DNA of 64,000 nt from Macrostomum lignano (taxonomy: Eukaryota), in the NCBI GenBank assembly GCA_002269645.1, contig NIVC01002769.1, positions 62,001 to 126,000 on the forward strand. The letters are read 5' to 3'. The notes under the pieces were generated by a model. That model was not told the DNA's origin. It did not search any database and was given only the letters and a program-made list of their open reading frames with translations. Below, piece after piece: positions 52,776 to 64,000 of the stretch (positions are counted from its first letter, which is position 1; every line of letters begins with the position of its first letter). A program made the translations under genes and the position numbers.

Positions 52776-53526
52776 TATAGCATTTTGCAGCCCATTTGGG
52801 CTTACGCGCATTTAATTTAATCCAAGATACGTTTGCCAATGTAACAGAGCATTTGTCTATGGTAGCAAGGCTGGCGCAGCGGCATTCAATCCGGTCCAAC
52901 AAGCATCCATTTGGTCCAAACACTCGTGAGCCATTGGACAAACTTTTGCCTTCTCTCAACCGTCTGCAGGTTGTTGCGCACCGCTGGAATGTCAGCGTCT
53001 CTAAGAAAAATTTTCAGTTGCTTTTCCAGAGCTCTGCTGATGGTCGAAATCTGATAACCAACTGGAGCTGTTCCCTCAACTTCTGCTGCATTTTCTGAAA
53101 CGTCAACAAAGGGTTCGTCTCCACTGCATCGAGTAGCAGTTGGACCTGAGGCTCTCGAGCAACTTTCCTTGGCGATTGCCACCCTTTCGCAGGCAATCTC
53201 TGCCGGCAGAGTTTTAACGCGCTGCTGGATGCTGTACACCACCTTTTCTTTTACATTCAGCAACCTTGCGATGTCCTTTGAGTGTTCACCTCCGTCGAGT
53301 GCTTCGATCACAAGCCAATGACATTCGTTCAACAGCCTAGCATATGGTCCACAATTCTGGGACTGAGCTGCAAATGAACTAAATGGACCAAATTGATGCT
53401 TGTTGGACCAAATCAAATGCCGTTGTGCCAGCCTTGCTACCATAGACAAAAGCTCCGTTACTTTGACAAACATATCTTGGATTAAATTCAATGCGCGTAA
53501 GCCCAAATGGGCTGCAAAAAGCTATA
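52776..53526 (-). mobile_element. Internally deleted Tc1/mariner-superfamily element (~750 bp) with ~150-bp TIRs
   Basis: TIRs tatagc.ttttgcagcccatttgggcttacgcgcatt...tttggtcca in TA context; internal VIEALDGGEHSKDIARLLNV..LLLDAVETNPLLT..ISTISRAL..RNNLQTVERRQKF (HTH region, no DDE). Confidence 0.85.
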
Positions 53527-53664
53527 TTAAACATTATATACACAGCGGCGACTTCTAGTGGTCCTTGTGCGCAAACTGAAAATAGACCGACAAGCCTTCA
53601 GTACAAATTATAACAAAGTAAAATTATACGATGAAGGAAAAACACAGAAGCTAACGTAAATTGT

Positions 53665-53790
53665 AGAAAAAAACAGAAGTTAAGGGACATTGTAGAAAAA
53701 ACAGTGCAGTTGAGGGACATTGTAAGAAAGTACACATCAGTTGAGGGACATTGTAGGAAAGTACACAGCAAATAAGGAAATTGTCGGAAA
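53665..53790 (+). repeat. ~30-bp tandem repeat (cagttgagggacattgtaagaaagtacacat), 3-4 copies
   Basis: Imperfect adjacent units. Confidence 0.75.
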
Positions 53791-54150
53791 AACACGACAG
53801 CCAAAGCCCGGTTTACTACGCCATCAAACGAGACCAATTTTTGCGAAATCACACTGCTTGTAATTTTTTCGTAGCACTATGTACCCCAATAATGCAATTT
53901 GATGGCTGATTTGATGGCGCTCTGAACAAGCCTGAATAAAATGAGGCTGCGACAGAACAGACGCAGATAGATTGGGAATTTTACATACAGATATTCTGTA
54001 TGCGAAAACCATGGTAGCGTGGAGTTGGGTTAAAAGTAGGAAAATCTTTTTTATGGAATATAGTAGTGGGTTCCGTCCAATTAATACCCATCAAAGCCCA
54101 ATGAGTACTTCGGCTCAAGCTGTCAAATTTTTAATATTTTCCACAAATTA

Positions 54151-54458
54151 GGGGTTGTAGCCTAGTGGTTAGGGTGTCGGACTCACGACTTGAAGGTCGG
54201 GGGTTCGATTCCCGATCCCTCTGCAACAATTTGTGTCCTTGAGCAAGACACTTAACTCTGCGTTGCTTCAGTTTACCCAGCTGTAAAATGGGTACCAGCA
54301 TTAGCTGGGGTAATTGAGGGTGTGTGTGGCGACCCCCCAGTCCTTGGACTGAACAGCCGTACGCAGCCTTCAGATGCGCCGCGCAATAGCTGCGGCTGAG
54401 CTGTCGGTTGCACATCTGCCCATTGGGCAGGTGTAATCAATTATTATTATTATTATTA
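54151..54458 (+). mobile_element. tRNA-derived SINE with conserved central domain and (ATT)n tail
   Basis: A box tagcctagtgg, B box ggttcgattcc, body gtgtccttgagcaagacacttaac..gtttacccagctgtaaaatgggtacc, tail (att)n. Confidence 0.9.
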
Positions 54459-56143
54459 CAAATTAAAACAAAGCAAGTTTAGAGAAAAAGCGAAAGTGAC
54501 GCGTGAAGAAATAAAATATCATAAATAATTATTTTAGAGGCAGGTGCAGGAGGTGGTGTGCCAAGAGTTAACCGAGGTCTTTGTTATTAGTCACTCCTGT
54601 TAAGTCCATTTAAGTCCGCGACCCCTTAGTTGTAATCCTGACTCCATTAACCCTCTACGAAAAATGAAGCTAGTCCAGTCAATGGGATTAATTAGGAAGT
54701 TGCTTGCATTTTAATCATTTTCAATACCCAAAGAATCAGATTCCAATTCTATGCATTGAGTCTCGCGGAACCACGAATGTTTTTATTTAAATAGCGTTTA
54801 AATTCAAGTTAAAGATGAATCAGTAACCGAATTTAGACAATCCAGTGAAATGTCGGTGTCTTCAGTGTCATCAAAACAACCAAATAAAACTTCGAGCAGG
54901 AGCTCGGGTCAGACTTGATCCGCTCAGCTCATCCTGCTGTATGAATCGAAACTCTGAAATTTTTCAGTCGAAGTTGCAATTGGGAAATCTGGAATTAATT
55001 CTGAAAATGATTTGGATATGTATCTAAATCCTTGATTAGCTAATGAGGCCGTATGTCAAGTTCAGGATAAATACTGGGTATTCAATCACTGGAGATATGG
55101 CCGACTTACGCTTATTGATTGCTTCTCCTGCTGCCTCTGCCGCTGCATCTGCTGTAAAATGCTCATCACTTTCTCTAACTTTTTGTCCATTTTCTCGTTG
55201 TCCTCTCTCTGAGCAACGAGCACATCCTGCCGCAAGTCCTTGACCTGGTTCTCAACGTGCGCCTTGAGCACATCGATGTCTCCTTTGTTCCGCTCCACAG
55301 GCCACTGCAGCCGGGGCCGGTGGTCTCGCAGCTGCTCAGCCTGGTAGATCAGGAAGCGCTTGAAGTCCTTGGGGTAGCCGCTGAAGTCTTCTTTGTGCTG
55401 CCACCACGGCTGGAACGGAAAAGTGTCTTATCTGATGTCACTGTATATTGAAAAAACGAACAAAAAGTGTCTGAAAAATGATTTTGGAATTGAAAGTAAC
55501 GAAGCACTCCGTCCTGATCAGTTAAGCATGAAAAATTTGTCAGCCTAAAGCATAATATGACATAAAATTAGAACGCTGCTCGGTAAAAGCTGCTTACCTC
55601 AGAATCTTCATCACCAGCAACTGGGAAATATTCAGCGGAGCAAGGCTGGCACCGACAAGCGTAGCACCTTTGCAGAAGTTTCCAGGCGTAGTGTGGGAAC
55701 GACAGCGGTGGCGGAACTGGACTGACCTCCGCGAACTCCCGCAGCAGATTGAACAGATTCTTGCGCCAGAGAGCCTCCGCCCTGCTCGCCAACTCCGTCA
55801 CGGTGCGGCTGAACAGCGCGATCAGCAGATTCCACATCACTATGGTGACCAGAAGGAGATACACGAACACCAGAATTCCGTTGTAAGCCTTATTTCCAGC
55901 TTCATCCGCACAGGACTCTCCAGTCGCGAGGCTGCTGGAGTTGCACGACTCGAACTGCGCGCTCTCCACCATTCCGAAGGCCAGAGACACGGGCACCGTG
56001 AAAATCTTTGTCAGAACCTGAGCATCTCTTGAGTCTGAAAAGGCCGGAAACAGCAGGTTGAAGAAGAAGATGCCGAATGAGTACACCAGCACCAGCAAGA
56101 CCAGCATGAATGGCACCAGGTCGCTGAACAGCAAGCTCTTTAG

Positions 56144-58117
56144 CATACATGCGCAACTGCTGGCCGACCTGGCCGATCCGGCCACCGTAAATTGTGGCTG
56201 ACCAGGGGTAAGTCGCAAAATTGAGTCAACCAAAAACAGAAAAACACAAGAACCAAGAAAGGCAAGAGGAAAGCGAAAGAAAGAGCAGTTCAGGGAAAAT
56301 GGTGAAGCAAAAGAAAAACAATTCGCAAAAGAAGCAAACTAAGTTGTAAAAATAATCAGGTAAGTCGCAAAAAGGATCAGGTAAGTCGCAACAGGAATCA
56401 GGTAAGTCGCAAAAGGGTTAGGTAAGTCGCAAAAAGGATTAGGTAAGTCCCAAAAAGGATTAGGTAAGTCCCAAAAAGGATTAGGTAAGTCGCAAAAGGA
56501 TCAGCTAAGTCGCAAAAGGGTTAGGTAAGTCGCAAAAGGGTTAGATAAGTCGCAAAAGGATTAAGTAAGTCGCAAAAAGGATTAGGTAAGTCGCAAAAAG
56601 AAGCAACTAAGTCGCAATAAGAGGAAAGTAAGTCACAATCAGAGGCAATCAGGGGGTAGTAGGTGCAAGTGTGGCAGGAGAGCAAAAACAGAATAGAAGC
56701 CTTCAACCACAGACAAGATCTTTGAAATCAGAAGCCCGCGTCATTTCTTAAACTCTGGAGCAGGGGTCGGCAAACTCCGGCTCGCGAAGCCCCTCTATCT
56801 GGCCCTCGCCCCTCGGGTTCTTTGAAACTTCCTAACTACGAGTAGCAAGGTTGGTGTCTCTTCAACTCTCATCTCTCTCTTCTTCTCTACCTTGCCTCCC
56901 CTCTTCTCTCTCTCCCCCTTTTCCCTCTTCTCTCTCCTCTCATTTTTACTCTCCTCTCTTCTCCCCCTTTCTCTCTACCCTTTCTCCTCAATGCCCTCTT
57001 CTCTCCTCTTATCTTCAGAAAAAATATGTGCATATTTTCTTACTTCAAAGTAGAGGGAATAGAAGATTAGAGATAAGCAAACAGAGGAGAGGCGAGCGAT
57101 GCGATGGGAGAAAAGATAGAAGAGGAGAGAAAAGCTGAGGGAGGAAAAAGAGATGAGAGAGAAGAGGAGATGAGAGAAAAGAGGAAAGAAAAGATGATGG
57201 ATAAGATCAGAAGAGAGGAAAGAGGAAAGAGGAGAGAGTAGATGAGAGACGAGAGGATAAAGAGGAGATGAGAGGAGAGTGAAGAGAGGAGAGATGAGAG
57301 AGTAGAAAAGAGAGGAGAGATAATGAGAGAGTAGAGTGGAGAGAGACGAGAGGGAAGATAAGATGAGAGAGTAGAGTGGAATGGAGAGAGACGAGAGGAG
57401 AGATAAGAATGTAGAGAGGAGACAGAAGAGATAGGAGAGGAGAGGAAAGAGAGGAGAGAGGAGAGGAAAGAGAGAAGGGATAAGGGATGAGAGAGAAAAG
57501 AAAAAGAGGATGAGAAGATTGAGGAATGGAGAGAATTTGCAAAGGCCTCAAATCTTAGTTTAACATGCATTACTCCCATCTTTGCCTTTTTCCTAACTGT
57601 TAACAAGTTTTTGTTTGAGCATGACTTCAAATTTAGAATCTATGCAAAAATAGTTCCGGGAATTAGAATTCAGTGGTTTAAAAATCTGTGGGTTTTCACA
57701 GCTTGTATCTCTACTGGATTCGTATTCTGCATCTGATGAGCCATCTGAATCAGGGCTCTCATCTTCCATGCCAAATCGTCTAGCAAATCGTTCTTGAGCT
57801 ATAGGTCACACTGTATTCACTTCACTTACTTCTGGACATTCATGAATCATGACTTTTGTAGTATGCTCACTACACTGTACTGACAATTTACTAATTGCTT
57901 CATGCCGCCACTAGATGACACTGATTAGCTGTTATAAAAACGCGGAATCTGCACGCAGCACTAATTAGCTGGCGAGGCATTTACCTTAAAAAATATGGTC
58001 ATAGTTACTCCTGCCGTTTACCTAAAGTTTTTGCTTGGCTCTTTCATAGGTAAGTCGCATTTTTTATCGAAAACTAAGTCGCACGGCCAGCGTAATTTCA
58101 GAAGTTGCGCATGTATG
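56144..58117. mobile_element. Non-autonomous hAT-type transposon (1974 bp) inside the TRP coding exon
   Basis: 15-bp TIR catacatgcgcaact / agttgcgcatgtatg; perfect 8-bp TSD ctctttag (56136-56143, 58118-58125); ~21-bp subterminal repeats ggtaagtcgcaaaaaggatta (~56355-56630); nested hAT-Charlie-like end caggggtcggcaaact at 56761. Confidence 0.93.
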
Positions 58118-59123
58118 CTCTTTAGCATATTGATTTTCGGCCCGGTGACCTTGAAGTAGCTGAGCAGGGCCACGGAGCGGAAGCCGAGAAACAGGAATGA
58201 GACGCTGAGCACAACCTGGCAGCTTCGCAGGAGGCTGGAGTCGCTCAGGTGGCCGAGCAGCTTCAGGACCAGACCTGCCCACATCAGCAGCAGCCCAGCC
58301 ATGTCGAAGTAGTTGAACAGGTCAATGAAGTAGCGTGGAATTCTTATGTCAAGCCCGAGTATTGTCAAGTCCTTCAGAGAAATACTGTTAATAAGTTGAT
58401 TGACTTCCTGCAGCGTGAACGACAGTGCGTACAACAGCAGGATGATGTCTGGCACTGGAGATTGTTGAGTCCGACTGAAGTCCGTCACGTACCAGGCAAA
58501 GTAGAGCAGGAAGACCAGGAAGGAGATGGAGTAGATGATGAATCGCTGTTGAATTGTGACTTTTGCTGCAATGTTGCAGGTGCAACAGCGTTGAGGTCTG
58601 CTCCACGACAACGGTGGATGCCTCTTCCAATGCTACTCCACCAAATTGCTGATGCACTTAGTTGCGAACAAGTCGTCGCAGTCAAGAGTCTCTACAAGGT
58701 CCATGACTGATTTGAACTTTTGAGACGCTGTATCATTTTCGGAAGAAAGTTTCCGTGCTTCGTTGCTCCTTTTCTGTTGAGGCTTGTCATTGTCCGCATG
58801 GGAGCTTTCCCGTCGCAGGAGTGATGAATGAGGTGCCAAAAACCTCGGCCCAGCATTGCGCTGGTCTTCCGAGAGACGAAACGAACCAGTCAGGTAGGTG
58901 AACAGAAGTTCTCGCGTGTCTTCATCAGCATTTGCGTAAAGGTGGTCCAGAATGTTGATAATGGTGTTATAAGCTTGAAGTTGCACTCTCTGAAGAATCT
59001 CACTCTTATCGACTTTCGTCTTTAGGTAAGTGAGCAGTCTCAGGGTCTGAGGAATGATGTCGAATTGAGGCAACAACATGAGGTCAGTGAGAAGCTTTGG
59101 CTTCTCGAGCAGCACAGCGTATT

Positions 59124-60922
59124 CACGGACTACTTAAGTAGAAGGACGCGACACGCGCAAAACGTGCAAATTTTATTGGAGGCTGAATATTCAATTTTAT
59201 GTAGCTCGACTCCAGAAACTCGCCGAAGTGTAGTTTTTTCACATGATACAAATAATTTAGTCCTTGTTCATGTAACATATGTAATGAATGATTAAAACGA
59301 TGCAGAAACCTTAGAAATTAGTTTCAAGCGACGAAAACTAACTTTTTCTGGTGAGTTTCGAGTCTCGACGTGCGGCATTTGTAGCACAAAATATAGCTCT
59401 TCATTTTGATATAGCACTTATTTTAAGTGATTCTTTTAGCTGTTCATTGTTACTGTGAAGCGGACCTTTTTGACCTGGTCATAAGAAAACCTATCGCAAG
59501 ATGTACAGACATATAACAGATACCACTGATTCTGCGCCAATCGTATCGGATAAATAGAGTCAAGACGAACTAAGACGAAAGATTTTAAGAACACGAAGAA
59601 CACGAACAGCAGTACAGTGACAGTTGTAAAACCTCAGCCTTGGACACTTCATTGTCACAACAGTTCTGGAGCATCCTCCTTAAGATGTGTGTACACTTGT
59701 TTGTGAGGAAGCCAACCACTCGAGTATTTGTTCCATGTATACAAAATAGCAACCTCCATGGCCTTGCCTATAGATAGAGAATTCTTTCTCCAGACCATCC
59801 AATTGAAAGTCACCTGAAAAGGATAAGGAAAATAGCTGCATAGCATGAATACTTAATGATACACAACCTAAATAAAACAAGTTAATACTTATAATATTAT
59901 TCATACCTAGCATGACATTTAAATTGGAAGTGAGATAAATTGAATTTATTAATTAAGTGAGTTAAATTGAAAGTGGATATATTGTGACATCTGAATACAA
60001 TACTTCCATGGGTGACCATGTAACTGCTGCCCCCCCCCCTTAACCAGAGATAGTGTGTCGCCATTGAATTTTTATATATTAACAGAAAAACTGATTAAAA
60101 CAATTTAGGCCCTATATGCCTCTGAAAGAATATAAGATGAGTAAGTTCTTAAAAACATAAATATCTATAAGTTCTATAGCAAAAATATTAATGCAGTATA
60201 TATTTTTGAAGCATGGGGCTATAATTATAAATAGACTGACATGAGTCATAAAAAATATATAGGTTTACCAGTAAAATGATTAATAAGAATAGAATACTTA
60301 AAGTTAAATACTTATATTAATAGGCCTATATTTTATAAATTATCTTAGTCTAAGCCTAGCTAAGTCAATAATAGATAGAAGAGATAGCTTATAGGTTTAC
60401 CAAGAATACCAACTAATGCCAATGGTAATGATATACAATAGTTAGCTAGGCCCTATACCTAGATAATGTAGATATAGGCCTATGCCTAATAGTTTAATAA
60501 TGAAATACTGCAGGCCCCTATGCTGTAATAACAAATAGCTACATTATATTTTATCATCGCCAGGGTAGTAGCAGTGGGCCCTGACTAGCAAATGTTGATA
60601 AATTTCCAAAAAGTATACTTGCATAGATGGCCTATGCCTCCTATGGTCTACATACAAATTCTAATTTAAATTAGGTTAGGCTAGCTATGTATAAACGATA
60701 CATTTCTAAACAGTACTAAGCTAGACGGAAATTATGTATTGATAAAAAATGGGACAAAAACAAAAAACACTCTAAAAACTAAAAAGATCTGCATTCTATG
60801 ATAAAAACATTTCAATGCCCTGCTAAATCTATAGTATACGCTAAGGGAAATTCAGCCTCCAAAAAAAATTACACGAATCGTGCGTGTTGCGTCCTATATA
60901 AACGACAATTAAGTAGTCCGTG
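59124..60922. mobile_element. Non-autonomous hAT-type transposon (1799 bp) inside the TRP coding exon
   Basis: 14-bp TIR cacggactacttaa / ttaagtagtccgtg; perfect 8-bp TSD agcgtatt (59116-59123, 60923-60930); removal restores ..LMEYA|VLLEKP... Confidence 0.93.
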
Positions 60923-63900
60923 AGCGTATTCCATCAGCACAAGAGCTTTCGAATTTCCGTCTTGTACTGAATAATATTGCTCCAAAGTAGTCATAATCGG
61001 AGACTTAGCATTCGGCTGCTTTTTGCTGATCTGTGCTAAAATATGCTTAGAAAACTGGTCATCAATCTCATCATTGACAAGGCCCAAACTGATCAAGCTG
61101 CGCAGCATTTCAGTTGAGTCAAGCTCGAAGGCCTTGAACAGCATCTGTACTTCAGGAGACTCTTCTGTCTTCGACATGCGTTCAACATCGTGCTCAGTCT
61201 TTTTATCATTTTTCTTTCTGCCTTCTTGAGAGTTTCTTGGTGCAGAAGTTCTTCTATCAATCTGAATGCTGGCCTTAAGTGAGGAGTCAGTAAATTTAGT
61301 CAGGTGATTCCGTGCGCTCTGCTTGTCAGGAAGTTTCAGTGCCTTCTTTGCTACATCCACTAACGTGAGCAGTTCCCTGAGGCTGAAGGAATTCTCTGTC
61401 GGAAATTTATTGATATCATTTGCTACCTCAATGAGAACTTCGAGTTTCCCCTTGTTGCAAGCGAAATCGACGCATGTCTGCCCAGCTGCCGTCTCATCCT
61501 GCAGTTTTGCACCATTCTGAAGAAGGTATTCGATGTTCTCTTTGTGACCAGACTTGCAAGCAAAGTGGAGACACGTTGCTCCTTTAAGAGGACCGTCGGA
61601 GACACGAACAGCTAAAAGTTTTTCAGAACTGAGACCACAGAGATTTCCTAATTCTTGTGCAATTATTTGAAGGTCGTATGTTGAACAAAAAACGTGAGCA
61701 ACGTGCAGACCCTCCGAGTTTCTTTGAAGGTTTTTGAAAGCTACTCGTATTGACGACGATCTCCTCAGAGCATTTAAAACTTCTTTTAAGTGAATTTCAT
61801 TTGCTTCTGAAGAGAACAGACAGTTGTGATTCCTCTTGTTCTCGGCTGCAGGATCAACACGCAGTTCGATGCGATCAGTGAGCATTTCCAGTTCATCTGA
61901 TGTCCGAAATTCATTCAGTTTTCCGAACAGTGCATGCAGCATAGTATTGCCATCTAAGTCAGTTTCACGCATATCTACCAGATCTTCTTTGTCCACCTTT
62001 TTGAGCTGCTCAAGCAGCCATCGTAAAACATCCGGAAACGTGCTGTTAAAGACGGAAACGAAAAACTGGGTTTGCTGCAAATCATTGGCGACTGTCAAGC
62101 AGTCTCTCCATGAAAGCTTCTGAATCAGAACAGAGATGGTCGAAGAGATGGTCGACACGTTTTGGCAACAAAAAGCGTAATGAATGGGAGTGTTTCCATC
62201 ATCATCTCTGGAAAGGAACTGCTGCGTATTTTTAACTTCGGAAGCGAGCCACGTTAGCGGTGAAGGATCCCAACTGTTTTCAGCTGCTACATGCAAAATT
62301 GTTCGGTTTCTGGGGCCTTTGGCCAAAATGCACTTTTGCAAATCGAGTTCTGTTGCCATTGCCTGAAGAGTGTCTAACTTTTGGCATTTAAAAGCAACGT
62401 GCACGGCACTGTCTCCATCGTCATCTGGATCGAAGAATCGTTTCTTGTCCCCAACTTCGGAAACAAGCCAGAGAAGCACTGACGGATCCTCACTGTTTTC
62501 AGCTGCGGCGTGCAAAATTGTTTGTTTTCTATGGCTTTTCACAGCAAAGCAGTTTTGTAAACCGAGTTCCTCTGCCAATTTCTGAAGAGTGTTGAATTCT
62601 CGGCATTTAAAAGCAACATACACGGCACTCTCTCCATCGTCATCTGGATCGAAGAATCGTTTCTTGTCCCCAACTTCGGAAACAAGCCAGAGAAGCACTG
62701 ACGGATCCTCACTGTTTTCAGCTGCGGCGTGCAAAATTGTTTGTTTTCTATGGCTTTTCACAGCAACGCAGTTTTGTAAACCGAGTTCCTCTGCCAATTT
62801 CTTAAGAGTGTCCAATTTTTGGCAATTGAAAGCAACATACACGGCGCTCTTCTCGTCCTCATCTGGATCGAAGAATCGCTGCTTGTCTTCCACTTCTGAA
62901 AGAAGCCCCAGCAGCACTGATGGATCCTCATGTTCTTGAGCTGCAGAGTGCAAAATTGTTCTCTTTTTGGGGCCTGTAACAGAAATAAACTTCTGCAAAC
63001 CGAGTTTCGTTGCTAATTTATTAAGAGTCTCCAAGTCTTGGCATTTAAAAGCAACATCCACGGCACTTTTCCCATTCTCGTTTGGATCAAAGAATCGCTG
63101 CTTGTCTTCAATTTCAGAAACAAGCCACAGTAGCACTGACGGATCTTCACTGTTTTTTGCTGCGGCGTGCAAAATTGTTTGTTTTCTATGGCTTTTCACA
63201 GCAACGCAGTTTTGTAAACCGAGTTCCTCTGCCAATTTCTGAAGAGTGTCGAATTCTTGGCATTTAAAAGCAACATACACGGCACTTTTCCCATCCTCGT
63301 CTGGATCGAAGAATCGCTGCTTGTCTTCCACTTCTGAAAGAAGCCACAGCAGCACTGATGGATCCTCATGTTCTTGAGCTGCAGAGTGCAAAATTGTTCT
63401 CTTTTTGGGGCCTGAAACAGAAATAAACTTCTGCAAACCGAGTTTTGTTGCCAATGTCCGAAGGGTCTCCAAGTGTTGGTCTCTGAGAGCAACATACACG
63501 GCACTCTCTCCATCATCGTCTGGATCGAAGAATCGCTGCTTGTCTTTAACTTCGGAAGCGAGCCAAAGAAGCACTGACGGATTGTATATGTTGTGAGCTG
63601 CTTCATGCAAAAGTGTTCGGTTTTTGGGGCCTTTAATGCTAAGGCATTTTTTAAAATCCAGGTTTGAAACCAACGTTTGAAGAGTGTCCAATTTATGATG
63701 TTTGAAAGCAACGTACACCGCACTCTCTCCATCATTGTCCAGATCGAAAAATCGCTGCTTGTCTTCAAGTGCACAAACAAGCCAAAGAAATGCCGACGGA
63801 TTCTCGCTGTTTTTAGCTGCGGAGTGCAAAATCGTTCGATTTCTCGAGCCTTTGGCGGAAAGGCAGTTTTGCAAATCGAGTTCCTTTGCTAATGTCTGAA

Positions 63901-64000
63901 ATGTCTTCAAGTCTTGATTTTCAAATGCAGCATACACGACAGTTTCTCCATCCTCGTCTGGATTGAAGAATCGCTGCTTGTCTTCCACTTCGGAAACGAG

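Larger units (their letters stand above)
55086..64000 (-). pseudogene. Ankyrin-repeat TRP cation channel (TRPM-like pore region), disrupted allele; continues beyond the window
   Basis: After removing two hAT-type insertions the frame is continuous: 64000-60923 (ankyrin array), 59115-58118 (linker, S1-S4; TAG at 58633-58635), 56135-55598 (S5, pore, S6 ..MWNLLIALF, LWRKNL, PPPLS), then a spliced coiled-coil exon from 55409 (stop 55086, or a further small exon). Confidence 0.85.

Noticed and set aside
54151-54225. Functional tRNA gene
   Set aside because: A and B boxes are present but the acceptor stem is poor and the sequence continues into a SINE body and (ATT)n tail.
56200-56630. Many perfect ggtaagt splice donors as an alternative-splicing cassette
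   Set aside because: They are on the strand opposite the TRP gene and are subterminal repeats of the hAT element.
59640-59846. Extra TRP exon (good acceptor at ~59815)
   Set aside because: It lies inside the TIR/TSD-bounded insertion, and the TRP frame is complete without it.

Overview
Eukaryotic, intron-containing, transposon-rich genomic DNA from an invertebrate. A free-living flatworm such as Macrostomum is my inference from gene repertoire and composition, not something the sequence proves. Splicing the ORF track by GT-AG sites gives these host genes: (1) a tandem triplet of secreted PAN/apple + putative LamG/ConA-like genes (two intact, one pseudogene) with a mosaic divergence pattern; (2) a complete 4-exon polypeptide GalNAc-transferase; (3) a 2-exon Shaker/Kv1-type K+ channel whose S4 has His at the second and third gating-charge positions; (4) a VWA + DUF4537-like gene with one frameshift; (5) an intact 3-exon, 977-aa protein joining about 10 ankyrin repeats to a cGAS-like (Mab-21/cGLR) nucleotidyltransferase, which the ORF track splits into three pieces; (6) a large ankyrin-repeat TRP (TRPM-like) channel gene broken by two hAT-type insertions (8-bp TSDs) and one in-frame stop. 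The rest is mostly mobile-element relics (two LINEs, two Gypsy bodies, solo LTR, DIRS-like, Crypton-like, Penelope-like, pogo, Tc1 derivatives, hAT MITEs, a tRNA-SINE) plus micro- and minisatellites. No CRISPR array, rRNA or true tRNA gene was found. All family assignments are from motif recognition by eye; no database search was run.
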